From Perkinsus chesapeaki ATCC PRA-425 (Eukaryota; Protista; Perkinsozoa), in NCBI GenBank assembly GCA_013115145.1, contig JAAPAO010000400.1, positions 1-32,715 on the forward strand: DNA of 32,715 nt. The letters run 5' to 3'. The position numbers and the translations under genes are program-made. Under the pieces are notes generated by a model. The model saw nothing but the letters and a program-made list of their open reading frames with translations. It was not told where the DNA came from and searched no databases. Positions 21,007 to 32,715 of the stretch are shown piece after piece; within the stretch, counting starts at the first letter, position 1; every line of letters starts with the position of its first letter.

Positions 21007-21319
21007 GTCGATACGTATGCTGCCTCTGCTGCTGCTGCTGCTTATCAATCTACTTTTCCACAGTACCTGTCTTTTGGCAATGAGACGATCGTGTTTTTGC
21101 TCTCACACGTGTTGAATGCTCTGTACTATGTGTTACGGAATTCTCATTGTTCCTTAATGATAATACAGCAGCCGCATGTCTTCTGTGCTATGTCACCAAG
21201 GTATCATCAACAGTCTTGCTTCATGCTCCTGCTGCTGGTCTACGATTATATACACACCACGTGTATATGATTATTATGAGCTGTAAGAAATGATGATCCA
21301 TCTCTATAGATGATGATCT

Positions 21320-23400
21320 TCAGGTCTTGATTAACACTCTTGTTGAGTTGTTGTGAAAGTAAACCAATTGTGGCCAATAAAAAGAACAAGAAGCTCTCAC
21401 GTGCTCTTGGCAGGGGAGAAGAGAACTAAGCTTTATGGTGACATCATCCTGGAATGCCAGATAATCAAGCACACGAATTAATGCTTGAATCTTAAAGTTA
21501 GGAAGGAGTGTCGATATCCAAAACTGGAAATGAGTGTTAAGGCGATGTTGTTACGCTACTGGATGATTGATGAAATTACGAGTAGTTGCATCCATGTATT
21601 ATTGTGGGCTTCCTAACCACAATAAGGAAGTTAACATTGTCCTGAGCATTCATTCTTCTTCGCGCATTTGATACTTGTTGGAAACTGGCAGCACTAAGAA
21701 TACGCTCCTGTTCGAGGAGTTGCGTTAGAACAGAGATGTACTCCGAAGCTTCGAATCTCTCCTTCTCGTACTCGGAACAGTTGAGCACTTGAGATTTACC
21801 AGCCAATTTGTGGCGTTCAACACAAGTGAATAGATTATCTTTAAAACATCGTTAGTTAGACAATGTACAACACGTGTTAATTAGTTCGATAAGGCCATTT
21901 ACCACCGTGGTGACCATCTATGCGACTTAGTCTATCTGAATAGAGGTAATTACTACCACCCGTGGATGGATGCTCTCACCTCGGTGACGCTTCTGCCGAT
22001 AGTTAACGTTATTAACACTATCAGGATTCACTTTATCCCAAGTTGGCCTGCACATCCCTCCTCGATATTTACCATCATTTGTTGCAACCTAAGAAGTACT
22101 TCAGTTCAATCGTAGGCGCGACTCTTACCGTCCGATGCTCGAAAGGATTTGCCACTTTATGTCGAGAAGGTCGTCCGTGAGCTTGTGTTTGCATCAGAAC
22201 CTGTTATCAAATTCTCAATAGTAAATAAGTTATGAAAACTAATGCTTTGGAGGGCCGGCGCAGAAGGGGTCATCAATAATCATTTGCCTCGGTGGCAGCT
22301 AGCTAGCAGTACTACACTCCCTGGCCAGCCCAGCCCTGTTACTAGTCGGCCGAAAAGCATTTTACTAGACGACATTTCACAGAACTCCACAAAGTTTGAT
22401 TTCTCACGAAACAAGCCTCGAAATAGATTCAGAGAGATTTACAATACCAAAGGCCCACCTTTGAGGTATCGTAGGGATGCCGATGAGCCAGGTGGAACCA
22501 CTGGGTTGAATTTATAGGAGGCCAATACGCGGATGGTATCAGAGCTTGAATGGGCGACTCACGAGGCCGCCTTGAAATGGAATCTGGTGCTGTTTGGGGG
22601 CTGACAAGAAGGAGAAAACGATTTGCGTTTCGGCGCTGTGATGGTCGAGCTGCCGTACTGGCTTAATAAGAGATAATATCTTGAATAGTACTCGGGAGGC
22701 TTACGTCGCAGTAGGGGGGAAATTCGACTTGTGTGATTGATCAAACTTTGGGTTATCAGAAGATAAATGAAATCGACTTGGAATACGAAAGTCAGTCAGA
22801 TGTAATTATTAACCAGTTGCTGAGACCTATCGCCACACAGTCTACTGCAACAACCACACGTATCGGTTGTTGTTAAAGTCGACACTTACCGAAGTGCGCG
22901 TTTCCGCTCTTCAATGCTTTTAGTTTCGATCCTATTATGATAGTCAGTTCTACACGCGGAGTAGCATCCTCGACGAGCCCGATGTCTTCGGGCAGATGCC
23001 TCCGCCTAAGGAGGTGAACCTCAACACGTGATTGATAACTTTAAGGGTCACCTCGACAATCTTTCGTTGAGATATTGTGGCTCCAGTGAGGTAAGATTTT
23101 CGACCGTTATTCACCCGCTTCATCGCAACCCTCGACATTTTAGGAGCATTGTCATAGTAACCCATAGTAGACATGCCTGCTGCCTCGGTGACAGCCAGCG
23201 GGTTGAGAATAGGATCACCGAGCCAAGGTGACCTACGACAAGAAGGGGACGAACTCGGCCGCTTAGACGGCCGCATTTATAAAGTAGAAAGACTACTGCG
23301 GTGGTGAATTGACAACAGAACGAACCCATTTAGGTTTTCAGAGACTTCAGCAGCAGCAGCAGTTGGAGTAGTGATAAAAATGCATCTGAGTATAATAGCA
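21320..23400 (-). CDS. Multi-exon hypothetical protein; 5' part unresolved
   Basis: Four consecutive exons (~22200 to 21600) join in phase: VLMQTQAHGRPSRHKVANPFEHRT|VATNDGKYRGGMCRPTWDKVNP...RHR|DRLSRIDGHHG|DNLFTCVERHKLAGKSQV...; the last exon reads IQALIRVLDYLAFQDD...VLIKT*. ORFs 22559-22744 and 22950-23276 are probable upstream exons. Confidence 0.55.
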
Positions 23401-23466
23401 GATCCTCCCGTGGAAGGCCCACTGCGGAGGTCTAAACATATTTACAAGCGCCGCCCGCCGACTCTT

Positions 23467-26400
23467 TCAAATAAGTGGCGCGCGAAGATGGTCGCTTCCG
23501 GCAGAAATCTCCCTCTTGTTCGCGGACCGTTTGTTCTCCACGTACATGCCGGCAGCAACACCAATGACGCTGCAAACAGTGGCAATTAAAATCTGAATGA
23601 AAATTAATAAGGGCCAGCCAGCAGAGCGTTGAAAATTACGTCTCTGGTCCACGATGAAGAGGAATCGCCTCTGGTTGCCGAATCCAAACCTTCACCAAGT
23701 GCAGCGGCTGATGAGCTCGCTTCCGAGACCGACTTCAGAACCAACGGCTCCGCTGAAAAAGGTACAAATAAAGTTCAGAAATGACGACAATTTTCCTACC
23801 GGAGACCGTCCTGCCGAGCACTTCCTTCTTGGCCTTTTGTAGAGCCTGTACGATATCTAAAGAGGCGCATTGGCCACCTAGAGTGTCGTCGTCATTGGCT
23901 CCATCAAACGCGATAGATTCCACATCAGTGCAGCCCCACTGGCTAGTCTCCTTATTAAACGCCTGACACGGAAATGGACTCCTTCCGTTTAAAGATGGAC
24001 TGTACGGCTTGCCTTGGGGATGGTGTACTTCGGTGTGACGTAATCGGGCGGAGTCGATTGCTTGTTAATAGGGCTTTCAGCTGGTGACACCCAAATAGGA
24101 TGAATATCGTTGGTGAAGCCAATCATATGAGCGTACCTACCAACAAAGCCCATGACCAACATTGATACTGACAAGAACCGATACCAGTTGGGAACGCCAA
24201 AAGTGACGCCCAAAGCAGGCTCAGTGTCCTTGGTTGGGAGCCTATTATAGTAGCCATCGTTGTACATAGCGATAAGCTTCTTGCCCATAGACCACCATTC
24301 ATCGACCACATGCTTCTGCAGCTTCCTCTGAGCCTTTTCAACTGCAGTAGAGGAATAATGACAATCGCACCGCAATCGATGGTTACGTTTTTTGGTCTCG
24401 TTATTAGCGGCCAACTCGTCCATTCTGGCGAGCTCAACATCGACCAAATCTTGCATTTTTTGGCGCATTGGGAACACAACCTGCAGCAACTTCAACGGCT
24501 ATCATCGGTTTGCTCGATTCTCACCTGCTCGCTCATATTCTTGAAGTTCATGTTCATCCAGTTGCTGACGAACTGGAAGGCCCAGAAGGCGGACTTGTGG
24601 TCGAACTCGAGCAAGAGCCCTCGCTTATAAGACTTATCAACTCCGTCCCAGTCAGTGTCGGCACGGAAGGGCAAATAGACGCTTGTCATGGGCTGATCCA
24701 CGGCGAACCTGAAAGAACCGTCGCTGCGCCACGAAATTAACGTCCCCACTTACCAGCCGACAGAGTCCTTGACGTTAGCCTTAGGTTGGCCGAAGAAGGA
24801 GTAACTCGTTCTAGGTATCGAAATTCCGCGAGGGATTTGACCGAAAACTGCGGAGCCTCCTTCGAGACGATACGGCGTACCCCACGGGCCGGCCAACATT
24901 CCCTGGGAAAGATCGAACTCCGTGCCAGCATAGTAATCACCTGATGAGGTAAGCATGACAGGAATCTTACAACAAGCTCACAAATGCCTACTGAAATACT
25001 GCATGAAGTCTCTGTGGGAAAGCTTCTTTTCAACTGGAATGGAGAAAGGCATTTTCCTGACGTCGAGCTGGAATGGTATAGCCATGCCAGGGTTGGCCAG
25101 GTTGAAGATACGCCAGGTTCTCAAAGCACCGTAAGCCGGAATAGGCTCCTTCGCGCCGGTGTGGAAGGTCATGGCATCGAAGCCAACAACTTTATTCCAG
25201 TTAAGCGGCTCCTGACCGTCCCAAAGCCCCTTGGCTTGAGTGGCCTCCCGTATCTTGGGGTTAAACAGGATGTCATCGGTCGGCTCCAGAGGAAGATCAC
25301 CAATGATGAAGTTGTTGGATATAACAGAAATGTGGCCCTCCGGGACTTTCTCAGCGGCCCACACCGACTTGGTGATGTTCTTGGCGCCTCCGGCAACATG
25401 GAAGATCCAAGTTTCACCTACAGTGTCGGAAATGGTCAATGCCTCACCAGCATCATCATAGGCTTCGACACCTCCGGCTTGTGTGCCTGATATTCAGCAC
25501 TTTGAGAAATCACAACAACTATGCTTCTTACCGTAGCTGACTTCAAAAGGTTGAATTAGGAATCCGTAGTCCTCGACGAGCTGCCCCATAAGCTCGACAG
25601 CACACCTAGCTGTAGCACAGCGCTCCAGGGCGATCTTCATGAGCTCTCCTATATCGAGCAATGCGGCATCCGGGCCCTCGGCGTCGTTGATCATCATCGT
25701 CCCTGAAGCTTACCAATAGAAGCTTGGCATGCACGATGAGCCTACCGCAGCTGGATTCGCCAAAAGCCAGACCGGCCTCGTTCATGAGAGGCAAAGTGCT
25801 CTCCCAATAGCCGTAGGTGGTCATTGCTGGCTGGAAAATGTAACCGTTGGGTTCAAAAGGTTTGAAGTCGGGATAAAACTCGGGCTCGTAGAGCTCAGCC
25901 CGGCCAGTGGTAATCATACGGGGGAAAGCTCCGGGGTTGGTGAAAACCGGTCTAACTGTATCATTAGGGTAGGTCTTGGGGGTGACGTAGGCCATACGAT
26001 TATCACAGGAGCTGCAATCAGCATTCATGCCACTCATGGCGGTGCCCTGAGAGAGACAATTATACAACAAACATGGACGGTCGACGTACCTCTACTGTAC
26101 CGGCAGCATCAATACCGATAGCAGTACATCCTATCTTGGCAGGAAAATCATGGGGATCGTACCTAGAAAGAAGTGGATGCTAGTGTGTATCTTGCAAGGT
26201 GAAGCGAGATATATATAGAGCCGATATGCACAATAACCTATTCCGTATCTTGCAAGGTAAAGCTCAAGATTATAGTCTCCCTGCGAGACTCAATGCGCGC
26301 ACACCTCGAGGTACACTTACACCCGTCGCGTAAGAGACGTATACCAAATATAAACCCCGTCACGTAAGTCGACCTTTTACGTATCATGCAAGGTTCAAGA

Positions 26401-26497
26401 AAAGATATACTTACCCATTCGGAAGGTCAAGTGCGGAAGCACCGCTAATCGCTGCAAGCAGCAGGGCAGCAGCCGTCCCGACTAGAGAACAGGTCAT
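23467..26497 (-). CDS. Peptidase family C69 (dipeptidase/secernin-like Ntn hydrolase) with signal peptide and C-terminal transmembrane helix
   Basis: Signal exon MTCSLVGTAAALLLAAISGASALDLPNG, then CTAIGID (Ntn nucleophile Cys), TYGYWESTLPLMNEAGLAFGESSC, LLDIGELMKIALERCATARCAVELMG, GETWIFHV, WAAEKVPEGHISVISNNFII, RTWRIF, RGISIPRTSYSF. The last exon ILIATVCSVIGVAAGMYV (TM)...RAPLI* ends at 23467. Confidence 0.9.
26187..26394. repeat. Dispersed short direct repeats in the first intron of the C69 gene
   Basis: gtatc(t/a)tgcaaggt at 26187, 26245 and 26381; cccgtc(g/a)cgtaag twice between them. Confidence 0.75.
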
Positions 26498-28212
26498 GAA
26501 TTAAATAGACTGTTAAAACTGATTAATACGGTGGCTAATACAAGAACACAGCTACCACGCTAGTTATTGCCAACAGCAGTCTCAGGCAACACAACAAAAC
26601 CGTTTAACATGAATCGCTTCGCTCCGCTGCCAGCACGGTATGCCGCAGGATCGAATCCCACGAGAGACATTTTTGCTCAAGAAAACCCAACCGGTGAGAA
26701 CAGCTCCGATGACGAAGATACGTAACGGACGCCTGAACTTTTGGGCGCAGCTGAAGAACCCCACGGGCCAGCTCACGGCGCGAACGGTTCAAGCAAGCCG
26801 TTGAATGATTCAACTTGAATCGATAGGATGTGCTTCAGGATTGATGGAACAGTCTTATACAATTCGGCCACAGTGGTCTTATCAACACCACATTAACGCG
26901 CTGGAAATTGGTGTGCACGGTTTACCAGTATAATGTTGAATTAGATTCAGTGAAGCGATCGACACTTAATGCGCAAAGAGGCCAAAGAGGCCAATTATTG
27001 CAACTTGTTTGTCTGGAAAGGTTCATGAGAGAGACCTCCTAGAAGGTCCACAGTCACTTGCGACAACTCCTCGGCACATCGTGCCGTAACAGGTCCTCCG
27101 ACGTGTCACGCAGAATACGTATTCTTGTTGCGACGCAGTAGTCACGTCTGGTACCAATCCGAGACGTATCAGTAAGGGGACACGTCACACGTCAACACTC
27201 CCGTGATAACGTATGCCAGACAATATAAACCTATATGGATCACTTCTGACTCAGAAGTTCCGAGCTCACTCCGGCACCCTGTTGGTATCGTACTATTAAT
27301 CGTTTGCAAGCCTCCCGAATCGGAAAAGGAGGGCTGCAACTTGCAGCCCTCCTGCAAGTAGCAAGTCGACATACTCTTCTTGAAACATCGGCAAGTAACT
27401 GCATGCTCCAGGCGGGCAAACATCAGTCTGCAACGCATCAGTTCTGAAGAATACCCGAGCATTTAGGATACAAATACCAATCGACGCGTAAGACGCGGCA
27501 AACATGGCAGTCGATGGATGATGTTATATTTCATCACCAGACCTTACCGAAAGCAACTCCTTCCACCTACGAAGTCCGGCGAGTGACGGTGATGAAAGCT
27601 TCAGAAAGGTTGCGGATCCGAATACTCAATCGTCAACAATGCGGCGCAAGATGAGCTAGGCAATACAGTATAGGTATTGAACTCTCCCAGCAGTTGCACA
27701 TAGACAGTCTAACTCAGCCATTTTTGGCGTTGGACTATAAACTCCCACACACGCAAGATGAACTGTTAAATGTGTGTCAGCTCTGGGGCAAACTTTGCCC
27801 GGCAAAGTAACTGGCCCTCGACGGTTGTTATGGATCGAGTTACTGTATCTCGTCCTCGAAATCTGGATGGCAATCAGCACATCACAGCTACCAGCAATGC
27901 AGAATACTAGAAAAAATGCTACTGACATTCAAACTCAATACCTAAATCCCCCCTGTTCTGCGACTGATGGGTCCCTGCACGCACCATGTGGGCGCGCTTG
28001 TTGGGGAGCCTGCCCCCTCGAGAGGGCTCTCAATGTAGAGGTTCGGGGCCCGAACTTCGGGCATACCAGGAAGCCGGGTATCGAAGTGGAGCACACATTT
28101 CGGGTATGGTCCTCTCGAACTTCCACTAATGGATACTTCATCATCCACAACGTCATGTTCATCGTGGCCCTAGAGTACCAGGGTGGCCGGTTTTTCATTC
28201 TCTCTTTCGGAT

Positions 28213-28690
28213 AAAGAATTTCTATTTTTCCGAAAGAAAGAATGTCTATTTTTCCTCGGAAAAATAGGAAAAATAGCCACTCCGAAAACAAAAGGCCTAG
28301 CACGTAGGAAGGCTGTTACTAATAGCGTGATACGCTTATGATGCTCGGCACGGATCTAGTATCCACGAGGTTGAGAAGAAACCATAAAAAGGGATGGCTT
28401 TTATATGACCCTACCAGAGATCGAACCAGCTCCTTCCTCGTCTGGGGGTATGCCTCAGCGGAAATGATTTGCGTAGGCATCCGAATACGCTAAGTTTGTA
28501 GTAATTTATTACATTATCTTAACTCTAATAGTATGCTCCACTCTCGATGATGCGCATAATTAATGACTCCAGTCCTATTTCAGCAAAATTTCCGTCATTA
28601 TTCTATTTTTCCTTATTTTTCGCATTTTTCGTATTTTTTCGAAAGAAAGATAGCATGAAAGAAAGAATCGCTATTTTTCTTTCCACCGGC
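28213..28690. repeat. Segment bounded by clusters of ctatttttc motifs (possible non-autonomous element)
   Basis: gaaagaaagaat..ctatttttc at 28232-28254 and 28657-28679, a further partial copy at 28213-28231, an inverted pair ctatttttcc/ggaaaaatag at 28246-28267, and more tatttttc copies at ~28600-28640. Confidence 0.7.
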
Positions 28691-28738
28691 CACCCAGCGT
28701 ACTCTAAGAGTACGCTGCAGTCGAGGTTAAAGGTGTGT

Positions 28739-30247
28739 TCATATAGATGATTGCAGGTGGCCCTTATCAAAGGCCAAATGGAGGGTGAAACGATAACTGG
28801 ATGCCAGTCGAAGGTTAACAGTTATTAGGCACATTTATTCCGATTACTAGTGAGTCATTGTAGAGGATGATTAACATCTCTCAATGAGAGATCTCATCCG
28901 CTCACACATCAACGATTCTCAAACTCGTAATCTACTGCGTTCTATGCTGTGGAGACAAAGCTCTACGGATTTCGTAGTATGGAACTCGCCATAACACAGG
29001 AAGAGCGAAAACCGATTATCATATTTTGAACCTCGGCGATTGGGCCGTCGCCAAAACTCCATGCGTGTCCAGTTCAACGATACAAGTACTAGTGCCCCTG
29101 AGCCTTCCGAGTCATGAACGAAAGACCGGTACAGTGACCAGCTATTATGAGCAACAAAGATCACCACCATCAAGTAAATGAATGCAGAAGGGAAATGTTG
29201 GCACTACCAAGGCCGAATAAAGAGAAACACCGAAACTATGAGATGTTCAGACGCGAAATGTCAGCCCATTAAGGATATCAACTTATCCGGGTTGAATGGG
29301 GAAAAGCTACAGTGAGAAGGGTATTACAGTAGATTTCGAGATAACATGTTAACGAAGGTAAAACCGACCATTAGCATCGTTAAACTCCATCAAGTAGGGT
29401 CACAAAGTGGCCATCTTCCTGAACTCTGCACTGGGCTCCCATCTGTCCTGGAAGGAGACAAATCTCGAGTCCTTAGTGTCACGAGTCCTTAGCTATAAAG
29501 TGCCTCAATGAGGCTAGACTGAGAAGAGGCCGTATAATTATAGTAGGATGTTGATTTTTTTCTGTTTTACGTTGGAGTGTGTCTGAAACTGCTAACTTTA
29601 CACTGTCGGCCAGTGAAGCTGGTTCAGTTCAGTGACTGTTTACAGTTCTCAGCCATAGCCGATTAGCTGCCCTGTTTCGCCCTTGCTTGTGTACAGTAGT
29701 GGGTTACTCCATATGACTCACACAGACTTGGGCATCTCGGCACCGGTGTAACGTTTCCCACATCACTCAGACGTAATATCTATATATACTTATCTAGTCT
29801 GGCAAAGCCATTTGTAGTCAATTAGAGTGGTCAAGAGTATGGTGAGGTTTTACCACCACTACGAGTCGCCGTCTACAAACATACACATTAATAGTTCTTC
29901 GATATCATATCTACTTTCGTATCACACCCAAGATAGGCGGAAAGACACCAAAGCGGACCGCAACTGAAACCCACCTCTGAGCAGCTCGACAACTAGGTCA
30001 TGAGTGATGACGATCTGTGGTAAGCGGAGATTTCAGACGGAGATGAAGTGGGCGATTCGCAGCAACGTGTAGAGTCCACTACAGCTACGGTGCCCGTGTG
30101 ACAGCTCAAGTTTTCAATCTCTTCGGCAAGAAGAAGTTTTGTGAAGAGCGGAATTATTCCGTCTACGAATGAGTGGAAAGTTTGGGTCATAGGGAGCGAG
30201 ATTGTGAACTTGAGCTTCGTACGGAACTTGCTTTCGGTCCAAGGCAT
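28739..30247 (-). pseudogene. Degenerate paralogue A of a tandem multi-exon gene family; 5' extent uncertain
   Basis: Shares exon sequence with 31427-32715: HLAFDKGHLQSSI*, ITSLRIVDV*ADE, MLIILYNDSL, CLSAYL. It has in-frame TGAs and an internal deletion of ~390 bp relative to copy B. Confidence 0.65.
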
Positions 30248-30619
30248 CTATTGAAAATTGGGTTCGGAATAATCCCTAAATGCGCTGCCTCCGCGCCTGC
30301 ACCTCTTTTGTCTCCTCCGAAATTGAGCTAGTTCTCATCGGGCCTCCATGAAGTGGAGATGTTCAGACTAACTATTGCCTACCACCGTCAGCCGCTGTCG
30401 CACTGCGCCACAGTGATTATGGTATTCCGCAATGTCCATCGACCAGCGGTCACGTTCGGATGGAATGACCAGCTAACAGGCTCTCGAAAGATTTGTAAAC
30501 ACCGCAATTACATCCCGCTATTAATGGATCCAGCCGGAACCGCCATTCGTTTGCTTGTTTCATAGGGTGAAATTAAAATGGAGAAAATAGAGAGAACAAT
30601 GAAGCTATACATTGCCGGG

Positions 30620-31389
30620 CAATCATTGCCCACTCAAACTTAAACCTTTCTTGATGAGATTAGTCAGAGATTGCGGACTCCAGCAGGATTCACGGTTGTC
30701 CCGGTGACACAGTTGCTTGTATGGGGCCTGTGGTAGGAGGTTCCTGTATTCCTTCAACGTGTACCCATTCGTAACTGTGTGCCTGCTATGTTGGATGTGA
30801 ATCGATTCCGTTCGGCCACATGTAGCTACGAGTCTTTATATCGTAGCTGTAGTACCTGCTGCTGTAGTCGGTCACGGGCGGAAGAGCTAAGTGCGCACGC
30901 GTACGTTGAGCTTAGCGTATAAGAAAAGATTCGCCAGAATCCTTTATCCATGCTGTTGGTGAGAAGTTAGCTTCACCTACGCTTCGTTACTTGTCTCCGC
31001 CCTCAGAAGACTAGCTAAAACAATATGAGGCTGATGCTTTCCAACTTCCAAGCTCATTGGCCGCCCTTTCGGAGTCGCGATACACTCCATATTTTATAAA
31101 TGTTGAGGAAATCTTTTCTCCTTTTCTGTTAAGAGCATTGAGTGGCGTTGTATGCATAACCATGCACTGATTCTACGACCAGGTGTTTTCCCATCTCAGC
31201 TAACCCTATATCCTTCATGATCTTCATCATCCAAAAGGTTCTCCTCATTGTGGCTTTAGAGTCCGCCGCAGTTGAGCTCAAGTTGAACGAATACTCGACA
31301 GGAGATATGTAGGATACACCATCGATATACAACTTCCCTTGTGATAAAAACAGTGTTAGGGATTTCCCATTCAAGCAAGCCCCCACCAA
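30620..31389 (-). CDS. Putative hypothetical multi-exon gene or pseudogene fragment
   Basis: ORF 31129-31389 and a downstream open segment NGYTLKEYRNLLPQAPYKQLCHRD (~30770-30630). It may be the 5' part of paralogue A. Confidence 0.3.
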
Positions 31390-31426
31390 TGACGGTATGC
31401 TAGACCATGTTCATGTTTCTCTCACT

Positions 31427-32715
31427 TCATATAGATGATTTTAGGTGGTCCTTATCAAAGGCCAAATGGGCACTGCCAGGACCGAACAGGTGTGATAGTT
31501 AACTGCAGCTGTAACCAGTCTGAGAGTCTCCTCTTTTTCGAGGTTATAATCGAGCTCTAAGCTGTGATACTCGTTTCGTATTCAGGATGATTATGGTCTG
31601 TATGCTGTATGTGGGGGTAAGTGCGGCACTGCAGACACATGTCCCAGCCCACCAAACATAAACAAGAGAAAGGAATGCATAAGCACGGTCTGTGTAATTG
31701 GCTGTAACAGCAATAATGTAGTCAACTCCATTCAATCCATGACTTAGAACTCTTTTATTGTAGGACTGTATAAACGGCGGAACGTGCATTATCTCCGCAG
31801 CGGGGAGTTTCTGTGCATTCCGGCAGTAACAAGACAATCTACCTTTTCACTCGTAGCATGTGACCGGCTCGTTATTCGAGTCAGACGTCCACAGTTATTA
31901 GGCGTATTTATGCTCTTCATTAGTGAGTCACTGTAGAGTATTATCAATATCTCTCATCTGCTCGCATATCAACGCCTCCCAAACTTGTAATGCTGTGTTT
32001 TGAATTGAATGGGCTAAGCCATGCTGCATCCGACACACATGAGAGATAACGAAAAGCTCCAAGCTCGAATAATTGATATTCGAAAATAATTGAAATGCGA
32101 CTTCTTTGATTTACTCTAGTCAATAGACTGAATGAGTGCCTTTTACCAACTCCTCGTAGTGGTAAACCAGCCACAGGCTACGAAGTGATTGAGTTACGGA
32201 GCAGAGCCGAACGATGGATTGGTAGAGGAAGGCAAGTACTTCACTGTTGGAACTCAATAATGAAAAACACAGAAACCACAAGATGCACACATGTCGCACG
32301 AAATGTTCACCCACAGAGGGATTCAACTTACAAATACAAGCTATCAGAAAGAGAGTATTATATCGATTACTATAACCATACACATTCATATTTTCTCAAT
32401 AATATATCTTCTTTTGTACCGCGCATCAGATAGGCGGAGAAAAGACAACCATCAGGGCGAACCACAACTTCATACAGGCCGCGAACCGGGAAGGCCAACA
32501 TCTTTCCACAACTTGTCCATTTACCATTTATGTGCTCGAATATATGAAAATAACAATGACCATCCGGATGACTTGAATCAGTTACTAAAACGATATCAGG
32601 TTTGATAAGTCTAATGTCTCTGATGTAGTTGTGACCGCGTGGGATATAACTCACAGTCTCTTTGTGGACAATCGGGTTCATTAAGTCTTCTAGCCCAAGT
32701 ACAAAGCAGATGATT
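31427..32715 (-). pseudogene. Paralogue B of the same family, running off the window; apparent frameshift near 31950
   Basis: HLAFDKDHLKSSI*, ILIILYSDSL, ITSLGGVDMRADE, GCLFSAYL. Mostly third-position differences from copy A define the reading frames. The ADE and ILIILY segments are out of frame in this copy. Confidence 0.6.

Noticed and set aside
24984-26121. Long plus-strand ORFs 24984-25490 and 25729-26121
   Set aside because: They are antisense to the well-supported C69 peptidase exons.
27774-28303. Overlapping ORFs 27774-28214 (+) and 27935-28303 (-)
   Set aside because: No recognisable motif or splice support, and they run into the TATTTTTC repeat. They are probably non-coding or repeat-derived.
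28400-28480. Intact tRNA gene on the minus strand
   Set aside because: A B-box is present, but the T-stem, acceptor stem and D-arm do not pair properly. It is kept only as a relic.

Overview
Intron-rich eukaryotic genomic DNA. A Perkinsus-like alveolate origin is inferred (not verified) from dense GT-AG introns of mostly 40-60 nt and from the gene families present. All gene models were spliced by hand. Recognisable genes: a PP2C phosphatase that appears spliced in frame to a Pin1-type parvulin, with a WW-like exon upstream (1.3-5.1 kb); a Cys-rich secreted protein; an epsin/ENTH protein; a small C3HC4 RING protein head-to-head with a TECR/TSC13 enoyl-CoA reductase; a Mei2-like RRM protein; and a C69-family dipeptidase with signal peptide and C-terminal TM segment. 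The 7-12.3 kb block holds repeats and retroelement relics: a very GATC-dense fold-back array, two decayed non-LTR RT remnants and a probable integrase relic. The right end carries two tandem, degenerating paralogues of an unassigned gene family. No rRNA, intact tRNA, CRISPR array or prokaryotic system was found. The strongest novelty candidate is the WW-like/PP2C/parvulin fusion, whose PPIase domain depends on which of two splice donors 4 nt apart is used.
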